Of a stretch of DNA of 64,000 nucleotides, positions 27,300 through 40,801 are shown piece by piece; position 1 is the first letter of the stretch; the number at the start of each line of letters is the position of its first letter. Below the pieces are notes generated by a model. That model was not told the origin of the DNA, searched no databases, and saw nothing but the letters and a program-made list of their open reading frames with translations. Made by a program: the position numbers and the translations under genes. Source of the stretch: Malacoraja senta (lineage: Eukaryota); NCBI GenBank assembly GCA_038087875.1, contig CM075990.1, positions 8,620,001 to 8,684,000 on the forward strand. Direction: 5' to 3'.

Positions 27300-27497
27300 G
27301 AGGAACCCTTTGTCATGGTCGCTGAAAACATCTTGGGACAACCAAAGCGCTACAAAGGGTTTTCCATTGATGTCCTGGATGCCCTCGCAAAGAATCTTGG
27401 ATTTAAGTATGAGATCTATCAAGCCACGGACCAGAAATATGGTAGCCAACTTCCTAATGGGTCCTGGAATGGAATGATCGGTGAACTCATTAACAAG
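27300..27497 (+). CDS. GRID1: GluD1 exon (exon 10 equivalent), S1 ligand-binding segment
   Basis: cacag| ... |gtgagc; 198 nt, phase 0/0; [66 protein letters not shown], a GluD1-type sequence. Confidence 0.96.
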
Positions 27498-27639
27498 GTG
27501 AGCACTCCTTTATTAACTCCTCTTGAATTTAATAATTGAATTTTACTGTTCATTTTCATTGTGGTCTGAGAATTTGATGAAACTCATGGACAACCCTAGG
27601 TTTACCATGCTGATATGGGCAAATTATCTGGTCTGGGAC

Positions 27640-28270
27640 TGATCCAGTGCATATGGTATGCTTGCTTTCATAAGGTGGGACATTGAGTGTAAGAGTCAGG
27701 AAGTCATGATACAGCTTTATAGGGCTTTGGTTTGGCTGCATTTGGAGTATTGTGTACAGTTCTGGCTGCCCCATTACAAGAAGGACGTGAAGGCTTTGAA
27801 AAGGGTGCAGAGGAGGTTTTCCACAATGATGCCTGGATTAGGGGGCATTAGCTACAGGGAGAGGTTAGACAGACTTAGGTTGTTTTCCGTTGAATGCTAG
27901 AGGATGCGGGAAGACCTGATAGAAGTATATAAAATTATAAGAGGCATAAATAGGGTTGACAGTCAGAATCTATTTTCCAGAAGAATCAAATAGGTCATAG
28001 TTTAAGGCAAGAGGGGCAAAGTTTAAAGGAGATGTGTGGGGCAGGTTATTTACACAGAGGGTGGTGAATGTCTGGAACAAGTTGTCAGGGGTGGTGGTTG
28101 AAGCAGATACGTTAATGGCATTTAAGAGACTTTTGGATAGGCATATGGATATGCGGGGAATGGGAGGGATATGGGTTATATGCAGGTAGATAAGTGATGG
28201 TCTTGGCAAAATATTCGGCACAGACATTGTGGGCCTTAGAGCTTGTTGGTGGACTGTACTCTTCTATATT
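27640..28270 (+). mobile_element. Diverged CR1-clade LINE 3' fragment
   Basis: LYRALVWLHLEYCVQFWLPHY motif with stops downstream. Confidence 0.8.
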
Positions 28271-31200
28271 TTAGATACTAGTGCTGATTGAGTGCTGCAT
28301 TATTGCAGTAGAACAGGGTGTGGAGGCAGAAAGCAAGATGTATGATGATACAAACATGAAGGATAAGGTTGAGCTCCAAAGATCATAGCAACAGATGATC
28401 GGTCCTTGACTGAACGGAATGCGGGCTGGCTCATGACCAAAGTGTTGGAACAAGACCAAAAATGGGCCTGCACCAGTTAGTAGCAGGGAACACACAGTGC
28501 TGGAGTAACTCAAGTGATCAGGCAGCATCTCTGGCGAACATAGATCGGTGACAATTCTGTTCGGGACGTGTCTTCAGCATCGGTTCCAGAGAATCACCAC
28601 ACAAAATTAAAGAAAGATTCTAGCAACGGCTAAAAAAAGGTAACAATAGGTTTAGGGCTCAAAGGTTGCATACATGGGCAGCTTGACTTTAGGGATAGTT
28701 ATAATCCAACCCAAAAGAAAGGTGTGTGTGTGTGCATGAGTTTGAATGAAAGGGAGCTGCAGCTTCCAGTGTAATTATTACCGTCTATCAGGCGGTTACC
28801 ATCTTAGATACGGAGAGTGCTATGTGCTTGAGGTGAAGATAACAACAGCGCAGAGACAATGCAGATAGACTGATGCAGTGCTAAGAAGCAATACCAGGGG
28901 AATGGGGTGCTTGGGAAGGTCAAGCTGAGAAGGCCCAGAGCTGTCAGAGGAGCAGTGCACAGAAAGAAAGCAATCTTGTTATACAGGCATTACTGCACAA
29001 TTTTAGTTTAGCTTAGTTTAGAGATAGAGCGTAGAAACAGGCCCCTCGGCCCACCGAGTCCGCACCGCCCAGCGATCCCCACACATTAACACTGTCCTAC
29101 ACACGAGGGACAATTTCACATTGATATCAAGCCAATTAACCTACAATCCTGTACATCTTTGGAGTGTGGGAGGAAACCGGAGATCCTGGAGAAAATCCAT
29201 GCACTCGTCGTCAGGATTGAACCCGTAGTCAGGATTGAACCCAGGTCCTTGGCGCTGTAAGGCGGCATCGCTACCGCTGCGCCATGATGCCCCCCTATTC
29301 AATAATACGGAAGTGCTGACCCTCAGGATAGATAAAAAAACATTATTTCAGATCTTTTGTCACATGTTATTAGCAGAGCTGTGGAGAATCACAACCACTG
29401 CCCTTTACCATCAGAAGAAGTAATGAAGATGTATCTGTCATCTTCCTATGCATGAGCTGATGGCCACATAGTTGTCCATGTGACATCAGTCCTGGAAACA
29501 GCAGGAGGCAACTCTATCCTGCATCCCTGTCTGCAGTTGGCTGAGACACTAAACAGAGGACTAAAGACAGGCACAGAGTAAGGGCAGGAGAGTTGGACAT
29601 TTTCTTGACAATAAATTAACTGGAGAACTCCCCTTCTCAAAATGGAGTGGTGTCTATTTAGTAGAAAAGATAAATAATTTATGGTAGACCAACATTAATC
29701 TATGTCTCCATGAGTCGGAGTCATTTAGTGATGGGAAGGAGAACAGGTTATGGTTACCTGCATGGAATCATAGAAGAGTATTTCTGGATGCTTCATGTCA
29801 TTTGGTGGTGGGACTAGTTCTGCTGAAGCTTTCTCAGTGTTTTATTGCTTCTTAAGAGTTAGCAAGGACAGAAGTGCTCGATGCATCACAGCTACAGTAT
29901 AATTCATCAGCTTAAAGGTCAATGTCAAAGTCAGCAGGCAACAGTTTTACATTTAAAGAAGAATGTTGAAAGGAGCTGCAGATGCTGGTTTATACCGAAG
30001 ATAGGCACAAAGTGCTGGAGTAACTTAGCAGGTCAGGCAGCCTCTCTGGCAACATCTATCTAAAGAAGATACTGGCCTTTTGCATTTTTCTCAATTTTTC
30101 ATTTATTTCCACGTACTCTTTGGAAAAAGTGTTTGCAGCTTTTCTTGTTCCTCTCCCCAAATACATTGCATTATTGATGACTCCAGACACAGAAGGGTGG
30201 CAGACCACCTGCTGATCTCTCTCTGGAAACCATCAACTGATATGGTCCAAGAATGGTCTGACTCCCATTTTAATGGAGAAGCTGGGACTCTTACCTCGGA
30301 CAGCAGAGATGCCACAGGCCTTTTGTCCAGAAGCCTCCGTCAACAGAGAAAATGTCCCATCAGAACTCCCCATCATGGCCAAACGTTGGAGATGAGAAAT
30401 TGGAATCAGTGTGACAACTGTCACCGTTCGCTCAGAAATCCATGTGCCAATTAATTATCATTGTATAATTTCTCTTAATGGAGCAGGGGGAAGAATTTCA
30501 TATTAACACATTAAGCATTCATACCCTTAATGTTTGACGTTAAATTGAAGGCTGCAGTCCATTATAACATGATTTTCTTCATCAAATTACTTGAAACTAA
30601 GTTGTTTAAATCCATGGCCATCCTCTAATTACCAGCTCTCTGGAGTTTCAAATGTCATACGGTTAATGAGCCAACCCAATGAGATTTTCACAATACCATA
30701 GTGAAATATTGGAGAATGTTTCATGCAACTTAAAATGTGCTTGTGGAGTATGAATATGGTAATCAGTACAGGCATGGGATGTAACCAAGACAATTCTTTC
30801 TCATGATAGAGTCGCTGAGCAAATCCATGTAGGTAACACTAATTATTAGGGGAAAAGCCTGCATTTCGGAGCAACTTTAATGTAATAAAAGGCTCTATAG
30901 CATTTTGCAGGAGCATTGTCAGATACAACTTTGAACCACGTATGGAAATAGCAAGATCAACAAATATAATCTAGGTTAAAGAGGTAGTGCTGCAGACAGT
31001 GTTTCAAGAGTCCAGTCAAGAGTGTTTGATTATCATATGTAGCAACAATTCAATTATTATTTGCCACAGCCTAACAAGGCTGCAAATGTAATACATTGGG
31101 AAATGATCTAAAAAATTAATTAGTAAATAACCGTAACACTAGGGCAACAAAAATCAAAGTAGTACTGCAACTAAGGACACGTTGCACTGTATGATGAGGA

Positions 31201-31705
31201 GGAATTGCTTTCGTCAGAGGCTGGTGAATCTGTGGAATTCATTGCCACAGACGGCTGTGGAGGCCAAGCCAATGGATATTTTTAAGGAGGGGATTGACGG
31301 ATTCTTCATTAGTAAAGGAGTCAGGGGTTATGGGGCAAAGGCAGGAGAATGGGGTTGAGAGGGAAAGATAGATCAGCTATGATTGAATGGCGGAGTAGAC
31401 TTGATGGGTCGAATGGCCTATTTCTACTCCTAGATTGAATGAACATGAATTTGCATTGATGTTCACTGTTGCTGAGGTTAGTGTTGTGGAGTGTTCAAAG
31501 CCTGATGGTTTGTGGGAAAAAGTTATTCTTTAACCCTTCCCACAGGGGAGGAACTACCCTTCCCACAAGGTTCAAGTTTTCTCTTTAGCTCCTGCACCTT
31601 TTTCCCAGTAGTAGGAATGAAATCAAATGGCCGGGATTCTGTGAGTCTTTGATGATATTGGCTGAGAAGAAGAGAGAGGTGGTGTTGAAGGAGAGAATTA
31701 GAAGC

Positions 31706-32270
31706 TCACATGTTCAGTAGAATTAGGCCATTCAGCCTATCGAGTCTACTCCGCCATTCAATCATGGCTGATCTCTGCCCCCTAATCCCATTTTCCTGCC
31801 TTCTCCCCATAACTCTTGACACCCTTCTAATCAAGAATTTGTCTATCTTTGCCTTAAAAAATATCCACTGATGGCCTTCACAGCCCTCTGTGGCAATGAG
31901 CTCCACAGATTAACTACCCTCTGACTAAAGAAGTTCCCCCTGATCTCCTTTTTAACATAACACCCTTTAATTCTGAGGCTGTGACCTCTGGTCCTAGACT
32001 CTCCCACCAGTGGAAACATCCTTTCCACATCCACTCTACGCCTTTCATTATTCTGTCGGTTTCAATGAGGTCCCCCTCAACCTTCTAAACTCCAGCGAGT
32101 AGAGGCCCAGTGATGTCAAGTGCTCATCATATGCTAACCCACTCATTCCTGGGATCATTCTTAAAAACCTCCTCTGGAACCTCTCCAAATCCAGCACACA
32201 CTTCCCCAGATATGGGGCCCAGAATTGCTCACAGTACTCCAAATGCATACTGACCAGCGCCTTAGAGATC
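31706..32270 (-). mobile_element. CR1-clade LINE 3' fragment
   Basis: HLEYCEQFWAPY, LYSLEFRRLRG and ESRTRGHSLRI motifs. A similar fragment lies at ~60200-60640. Confidence 0.8.
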
Positions 32271-34292
32271 CTCCGCATTACTCAGCTTGGCACCTTGGCA
32301 ATGGATTACATGAGTGCCAATGAAGTAGCAATTATTATCAAGGATAATGCAGGACCTGGTCATTGAATAGGAGTCAAGTCAAGAGTGTTTTATTGTCATA
32401 TGTCCCAGATAGATTGATGAAATTCTTACTTGCCAATAAACCCAAATGAACCAGAAGACAAGGACTTGCAGGATTGAAGAGAGAGGGAAGCAGTGAGGCC
32501 AGGGAGCGAGCTAAAAACTAGGGGAAGAAATTCAGACCCACACAAAGGGCAACTTCCAACTGCTTCCAAATTAAAAGTGGCAGAAGTATAATTGTATCAA
32601 AGTGGATTTATGCTTTCATTACAAGTGACTGCAAAACCATTATTTAATTAATAGTTTCAGGTGATATTTAATTCACAACGATAAAGCTTGAATGCTTTCC
32701 AATTACTTTATCAAAATGACTGGTTTTAGATCTTGTCAGCATTTGTTTATTTAATTACATGCTTTCTTATGTGCCAGGCAGTTTGATGTTATTTGCCTCT
32801 CCCAGTGGCAACATCATCAGCATTTATTCCAGTTATTCCTTCATTCCCAGATTAATGTTGGCAAGTTCGTCCTTGGCTTAAACAACTCTAGGCTTAAAGA
32901 CCAGCATCACACACGCAGCGTAGGTGGGTCCATGAATGTACCAGTGTATCAATGGAGTTCACGGCAAGGACATAATCCAGGAGCAGTGTCAGAGCACTCT
33001 TCAGGAGAGTTTTATTCCTTCATGTATCCCAGTCACAAAACTATCCATGAGATTACTGCAGATACAAGAAACTGCAGATGCCGGTTTACAAGAAAGGACA
33101 CAAAAAATAAATAGTTTCTATGTTTCTATGACACAAAGTGCTGGAGTGACTCAATGGGTCAGGCAGCATCCCTGGAGAACATTGATAGGTGATGTTTCAG
33201 GTCGGGACCGTTCTTCAAACTGATTGTGGTGGGTGGGGGGAGAGAGGGTAGGAGAAAGCTGGATGGAGGAAGGGAAAGGCAGAGCGTGACAGGTAACAGG
33301 TGAACACAGGTGGGGGGGGGTGGGGGGGGTGGGGGGTGGGGGTTGATAGACAGATGATTGGACACAAAGGCCAGAGATGAAATTACAGAAAGTGTGAGAC
33401 AAATGGATTGAAGAACTGTGAAAGGTTGAGAGCAAAGGGGAGGGGAGAGATAGATGCAAGTCCATGCAGGGCACAGGGGAGGCGAGGAGAAGGGGGGGGG
33501 TGTGGGGGGAGAAAGGGGTGTTTTGTGGGGAGGGATGTTTTGTTAGAGGCTACCTAAAATTGGAGAATTGAATTTAATGAGATTATTGTGTTACAATCAC
33601 TTCAAATGAAATTGTACACCAGTTTTGAAATTATATATATCTATCCACAGTAAAGGGACATAATGAAGACTGGTGGCTGCTCATTCAGTCAGGAATTTTA
33701 GGTGAAATTTCAACCATTGGGAATTTGGCTCAATATTTTTACCACAGATTATGTGCTGTAATCTGAGAGTGAGGTTTGAATTGCAAACTTTGGACGAGGT
33801 GAATGAACCATGTGGAACTGTATAACATAAAGGTAAAGACGTCAGCAATGATTGAATGGCAGAGTAGACTTGATGGGCCAATTGGCCTAATTCTTCTCCT
33901 ATCACTTATGAATTGATGAAGACATAGCCGGCTCAGCTGCTTGGCAAGGTAATTGAGGAAAGGTCCTTTCCTTCAATGAGAAATTCAGACCATCAATGAA
34001 CTTGAACAAACAAGCTAATTCCCGGAAATACTGCGATGTAAATAATTGTGATAATGTGGATGGTCGGCAACTAACCCTGAGGATCATAGACAGTTAAGAT
34101 TGTAAATAGCAATTAATGTGTTAGAAGGGAGAAAATTGAGGGATATAAAAGAAGAAAGGGCAATTGCAATCAAGGAACCAAGCTATAATGGCCGAGTGAG
34201 TGCAGGTAGTCAAGCTGAATGGTGAGACCTGGGCTTCTGATGCTAAAGTCCTGATATCAGGATAATAATTTTGCCTGTCTTCTTGTCCACAG

Positions 34293-34623
34293 AAAGCAGA
34301 CTTAGCTGTGTCAGCAATAACCATCACTCCGGAGAGAGAGAGTGTTGTGGACTTCAGCAAGCGCTACATGGATTATTCAATTGGCATCCTCGTGAAGAAG
34401 CCGGAAGAAAAGATCAACATCTTCTCAGTCTTTGCCCCCTTTGACCTTGCAGTGTGGGCCTGCATTGCCGCTGCCATCCCGCTGGTGGGGGTCCTGATCT
34501 TTGTTCTCAATCGGGTGCAGTTGGTCCGAACGCAGACTCCAACGCACTCTCAGAGTCCGGCCTCCGCCTCCAACACTCTGCATACCGCCATCTGGCTGGT
34601 CTACGGGGCATTTGTTCAGCAAG
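34293..34623 (+). CDS. GRID1: GluD1 exon (exon 11 equivalent), end of S1, M1, loop, M2
   Basis: ccacag| ... |gtaact; 331 nt, phase 0/1; [29 protein letters not shown]...[27 protein letters not shown]...[13 protein letters not shown]. Confidence 0.96.
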
Positions 34624-37600
34624 GTAACTATTGAACATCTGCTCACTGTTTTGACTTGGAAATAGTGCGTGAATGTAGTGAATCCCATGGCCCATGAGCG
34701 AACAAACCAGGAACCAGTTTGTCTGCGTGAGGGAGAATTAAGAATTGCAGAGTAAGTGTCAGAGCGAGACACCCTGAGGGAAGGATGTCAAGTGAGAAGA
34801 TAGTTGTGAATGGATGGAATTCCTCTACCTTTGAGGGCTGTAGATGCTGTTTTAGGCAGATACAGCAATGAAAGCAAGAACATTCCAGGTGTTAGAATCA
34901 GACAGTAACAGGTTGAGAGATTCACACAGAGAGTGGTGAATCTCTGGAACTCTCTGCCACAGAGGGTAGTCGAGGCCAGTTCATTGGCTATATTTAAGAG
35001 GGAGTTAGATGTGGCCCTTGTGGCTAAAGGGATCAGAGGGTATGGAGAGAAGGCAGGTACGGGATACTGAGTTGGATGATCAGCCATGATCATATTGAAT
35101 GGCGGTGCAGGCTCGAAGGGCCGAATGGCCTACTCCTGCACCTAATTTCTATGTTTCTATGTTTCTATGTTTCTAATCCTGATCTAATTAAATGGCCAAA
35201 CGGGTGTGAGGAGCCAAATGTCTTCATCCAGTTCCATTTCCTTATGTTCTAAGGCATGGGAACAAGGAGAGAAAAAAAATGTTTTGAAGGAACTGTTTGA
35301 TTGATTATTAAGCAACATGCTTTATTAATTTAACATGCATAGTACAGCTAGCCCAAGGCCAACTTGGAGAACACATTGAAGATTAATGGATAAGCCTGTA
35401 AATTAAATGAAGACCCTCAGACCACAGGAATAATAGACAATCAGAAGTGTATTTGGAACAAAGAAGTTTGCATTAGTTCCAGAGCCAAGAGTTGTGTTCC
35501 TGGCTACACTCCATCAAGTATTCCCCAATTCCCAGTAACATCAGCAGTAAGTGGCAAATACCAATGTTGGCACAAAGCCATTGCAGTCCACTAAGTTCAC
35601 ATCAGGCCGGTTACCAAGTAATACAGTCGTGTCCCAAGGCATCAAACATTCTGCAGTCTGCTCTCTCAACTCCTGATTATTTTATGGAGAATGCAAGGTA
35701 TGAATTTGGAAGCTGACTGTTACTTTCAGATCCTCGCTCACACAAAACAGATCTTTTATTTAAGACTTTTGGAACAATGAGAAGCAGTTTTATTTTCAGA
35801 TATGTATGCAATGCCCTGAGAATCTTAATCCCGCCTTTGAACACTGAGCTCCCCCCGCAGATACGGAGAAATCAGGGAGCCAGGTACAAAGGCACAAAAG
35901 TGTCACAGTGCTGTTTGCAGCAACATTAAGAAGTACCGTCCAAGTGTAGCTTGGACATGTTGGCCAGTGTGAGCAGGTTGGGCCAAAGGGCCTGTTTCTA
36001 CCCTGTATCACTCTGCGACTCTTTGACTCAATAGAGTCATAGAGTGATACAGTGTGGAAACAGGCTCTTTGGCCCAACCTGCCCACACTGGCTAACATGT
36101 CCAAGCTACACTAGTCCCACCTGCCTGCTTTTGATCCATATCCCCCCAAACTTGTCACATCCATGTACCTGTCTAACTGTTTCGATGTTGGGATAGTCCC
36201 AGCCTCAACTACCTCCTCTGGCAGCTTGTTCCATACACCCTTTGTGTGAAAAAGTTACCCCTCAGATTCCTATTAAATCTTTTCACCTTCACCTTGAAAA
36301 TTGAAGGTAAACTGAGCTCATCACCTTTAACATTGACCTTTGCACTTTATTGATATTCACAAAGAAAGATACGAAACAGCGGGTTGCTAATTACCTAGTG
36401 CCCACATCACCTTGTCTTCTGTTGTCGTACAACAGGTTAGTTAGGTTGACTTTATTGATTAATGTTTCGATGGGATTCTGATCTCAAATAGAGAAAACCA
36501 GATCCCCTCTGGCGAATGGTTCAATAACCAGAAGCCAGATATTGAAAATCATTGACAAAAGAACTAAAGGAGGTCAAGAAAACTTCTTCCCCCTTAAAAA
36601 GTTGCTAAGATCTGAAACGCTCTCCTTGAGATGATGATGAAAACTGATCTATCAGTATTTTTCAAAGAAAATTGGAATTGTGACCTTTGCCACAATGCGG
36701 TGAGGAGACAGTTTTTTCTATCAGGCATCACCCAGACAACAGTGATGCCTGATGCAAGTCAATAAAAACTATTTCCATGGCTAAAAAAGACTTTTCCATG
36801 AAACTTGTGTTATAAATGAATTTTAAAAAATATATATTTTTATTTTATTAGAAGTAAGTACAATTATATGGCACCAAAGTGCCTAATATATATTGACATA
36901 ATACATTTTATGTACAGCTTCTTATTTTTTTTTATAATGAAAAAGAAAAAGAGAGAATAGATAATAGATAATAAAAGATTGAAAAACGTGTGATATATAG
37001 TGTGTGAGAAAGAAAAAAGGGTGAAAGAAGAAAAGTGAAGAAAAGAAGATAGAAAGAAAAAGAGTAGCAAGTAAAAGATTAAGGAGATCGTTATTTATAA
37101 TCTTGACCATCCCTCACCCAGTCCTGGAACAGTTAGCTTCTACAATTGTGTTGCACCATATGCTTCCAAAAAGACGACAAATGGAGACCAACTCGTTAAG
37201 AATTGGTCTGATTTATCTATTAGGAGGAATCGCATTTCCTCAAGATGTGCGGTGTCCAACATGCTTGAAATCCACATTTTAAGCGTTGGTATAAATGCAT
37301 TTGTATAAGTATTTTTTATTTTGTAGGCTAAATTTAATTGTAGCCAGGGAGTTAATCTGTGCTCCAATGAATTCTAGGTTATTCAATTACCCAACGTTGA
37401 AAGTCTCATTGATCAGAGCAGGTGGAGGATTGAGAGATGTTCAAATTCATGATCCCAAGACAGGGACAGGGAGAAGCCAACTCTAATTTACATTAATGCA
37501 TCTTATTAACATAATAGAAGTCATTTTTGCAAAAAACGAATCTGCCAGACTTTGAATTGTAAAGATAAGTCAATTTTGTAATTATCCTAATTGGTAGATG

Positions 37601-38374
37601 TAAATTAGTGATAATGTTGCTAATGTATCTAATTTGTGTATTGTGACTAGCTACAGTTTTCACAGAAGGAAAGAATTATTTCTTTAAATTATTCAGAAAA
37701 CTTAAATCTGCATCTAATTTCCATTGTATAATCTCTCAATTTCATGATAGTTCTGCAGTATCCACAAAATGGAATTGCCTTTGAATTAAATAAAGTTTAA
37801 TAGAATAAATACCGGTGTATAGCTGGGCTGACATTCTATACTCTATACACTGCTAGTGGGTGATTTCTGTATATCTCACTGGTACACTAAACTGGCACAC
37901 ACTGGTGTACAATGTTGGTGCACACACGCTGCTCATATACTATCATGGTAACCGTTTGGTTTAGTTTAGAAATAAAGTGAGGAAACAGGCCCTTCGGCCC
38001 ACCGATTTCGCACTGACCACCGATCCCCGCACACTAATACTATCTTGCCTACTAGGGACAATTTACACTTTTACCGAAGACAATTAGCCTACAAACCTGT
38101 ACGTCTTTGGCGTGTGGGAGGAAACCGGAGCACCCGGAGAAAACCCACGCAGATCAAAGGAGAACGTACAAACTGCGTACAGACATTACCCATAGTCAGG
38201 ATCGAACCCGGGTCCCTGGCGCTGTAAGGCAACAGCTCTACCGCTGTGCCACCATTGTTGTGTGACACTGGTACACCCTGTTGGTATTAGTACACTGCTG
38301 GCTCACAACCACTTCACACTCCTAGCGAACATTGTTGTCACAATAATCTGGTTCATAATGCAGGGGGACAATAA

Positions 38375-38942
38375 TGTGTAGGAAGGAACTGCAAATGCTG
38401 GTTTAAACCGAAGATAGACACAAAAAGTTGGAGTAACTCAGTGGGTTGGACAGCATCTCTGGAGAAAAGGAATAGGTGACGTTTCGGGGTGAGACCCTTC
38501 TTCAGACTGAGAGTCCGGGGAGAGGTAGACCAAGAGATAAGGAAGTTTAAGGTGTGAAAACGATATATCAAAGCGGATGTAGATCAAGGAAAATGTAGAA
38601 TAGATCATTGTTAGCTAGGAGAAGGTGACAACAAAGCATACAGAGATAATATTTAATCAGGGGGACAGTCAGGCTGGTGGGAGAATTAGGAAGGAGGAGG
38701 AATGGAGAGTGAGGGAAAGCAGAATGGAGAGAGAAGTCAATGTTCACACTGCTGGGGCGTAAGCTGCCCAAGCGAAATATGAGGTGCTGTTCCTCCAATT
38801 TGCACTGGGCCTCACTCTGACAGTAGAGGAGGCCCAGGACAGAAAGGTCAGTGTGGGAATGGGAGGGGGAGTTAAAGTGTTTAGCAAGCAGGAGATTTAG
38901 GTTTAGGCCGACTGAGCGGAGGTGTTCAGTGAAACGATCGGC
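38375..38942 (-). mobile_element. Penelope-like element 3' fragment: GIY-YIG endonuclease tail plus terminal repeat with hammerhead core
   Basis: RFTEHLRSV...AKHFNSPSHSHTDLSVLGL...KLEEQHLIFRLGSLRP..VNIDFS, followed on the minus strand by CTGAAGA-AGGGTCTCACCCC-GAAACGTC. A related fragment lies at ~33050-33570. Confidence 0.85.
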
Positions 38943-40662
38943 AAGTGCACAATACTGGTACGCATCAATTGTGTTTGTTGATGCCACTAATGGACTACAA
39001 AGTATGAATTTGCATTTCTTTCCCACTGAACAGTAGTATCTCATAGATAATTTTAGTTAAATATTTAATGAATGTTACTAATCAACACAACTCCTTCACA
39101 AGAACAATCTTGGGAAGAAAGGTCAATTTCACTAACTATAGAACGTCCTTAAAAAGTTGAAGGCAGAGAGCAAGGCATTTAAAGGAATCAGATATTCTGA
39201 TCAGGAAGCAGAGATAAAATAAATGAATAAATCCTTCATTAAATCTATATTATTCCCCAATGTTACTTAGCTGATTAATATAAATAACATGGGAGAAATA
39301 ATGATAAACTAATGATAAGGCCTGAAACATCGGGCCTCCGCTGCGGCGACTGTGGAGGCCTCAAATAGGCCCCGACCATGGGTGAACATAGAGGAAGAGG
39401 ACTGGACTTTTTATTGCTTTCCCTCACAGTAGAAACCATTGATTCCGCTGTGGGGGGGACGTTCATGTTAAATTATATAGTGTGTTGTGCTTTTCTTATT
39501 ATTTGTATGGCTGTATGGCAACCCAAATTCTTCTATGTACAGCACTTTGGTTCAATGTGAGTTGACTTTAAATGTGCTATATAAATAAAAATTGATTGAT
39601 TGATTGATTGATAAGAGAAACGTTCAGATAAATGAAATCCGTGAGGCAAAGAATGTTAAAATTAATGGATTAAAAGCTGAAGTCTGCAATGAGGTAGATT
39701 GGAAGATGGAGACCTCACCCTAATTTAGAGGAAGACCAATCAGTAGTCTGACAACAGTGGGAACAATAGACCAGCTCGCCTGAAATGGACTGGCAACAAA
39801 ATGCTAGAATTCAATGTAAAGGATGTGGTAACAGAACATTTATCAAATCGTAGTAGGATTATTAAGAACCAAGGTGACTTTTGTTTAATTAAATCAAGTT
39901 TGCCAAATACTGTAAAATAAAGCTTTATGAGGATGTTGTTAACTGGGTGGATAATGGCAAGCTGATGATGCAAATCTGAATATTATAAAAGGCATTTGAG
40001 AAGATATTTCACAAATGTTTGTCCCATAGAATAAAGGCTCGTGGAATTGCAGAAATAAATTGTAAATAAATAAATAAATAGAGTATTAGTTAAAAGACTA
40101 ACTCGGGGAGTGGGAATAAACAAATATTTTTCCGGGATGCATGCTATTTTTCCAGAAGTGCGACAGAGACTGGTACCAGTTTAATTAATGAACTAGTGAG
40201 AAGGGTGTGAGGCCTCTCTCAAGATTAGCCCGCGTTAAGTCAAAAGTGAGCTGTGACATTCAGATCAGGTAGTGCGCTATGAGGAAAATATAATGTGGTA
40301 AAGGCAGTTGGAGAAAATATCAAGTGATGGGTAAGATTGGCAGATAGAATGTAATATATGGAATATATAGGACAGCAATACGAGTTGAGATGAGGAGAAA
40401 TATCTGACCCAGAGGTTTTGAGTCTTTAGACTGTTTGGTCCCAGGTTGGGGCTGTTCCATCAGTGATGATATTGGAGGCTGGGATTAATAGGTTTTTGGC
40501 AGGTGAGGGAGTCATATAATGGGGAGATTGAACAGTAAATAACAGGATCAGCTCTGATCTTATTGAGTGACGGGGCAGGCTCGAGGGACCACGCAGCCTG
40601 CTCTTGATGCCATTTGACATCTTCTTACCATCACAACACTTCAATGAATGTTCTGCTTGCAG

Positions 40663-40801
40663 GTGGAGACTCGCCCATGAACTCATTTGCCATGCGGATT
40701 GTGATGGGTAGCTGGTGGCTCTTCACTCTCATCGTGTGCTCCTCCTACACTGCCAACCTGGCTGCGTTTCTGACCGTGTCCAGAATGGATAACTCCATCC
40801 A
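40663..40801 (+). CDS. GRID1: GluD1 exon (exon 12 equivalent), M3 gate helix
   Basis: ttgcag| ... |gtaagt; 139 nt, phase 1/2; [45 protein letters not shown]. Contains the iGlu[10 protein letters not shown] motif; the Cys in LIVCSS is GluD1-type (GluD2 has Ile). Confidence 0.96.

Noticed and set aside
29235..29423. Peptide LAELWRIT resembling GluD1 exon 13 (FAELWRTI)
   Set aside because: Only a short match; surrounding residues do not fit and the ORF starts in a SINE.
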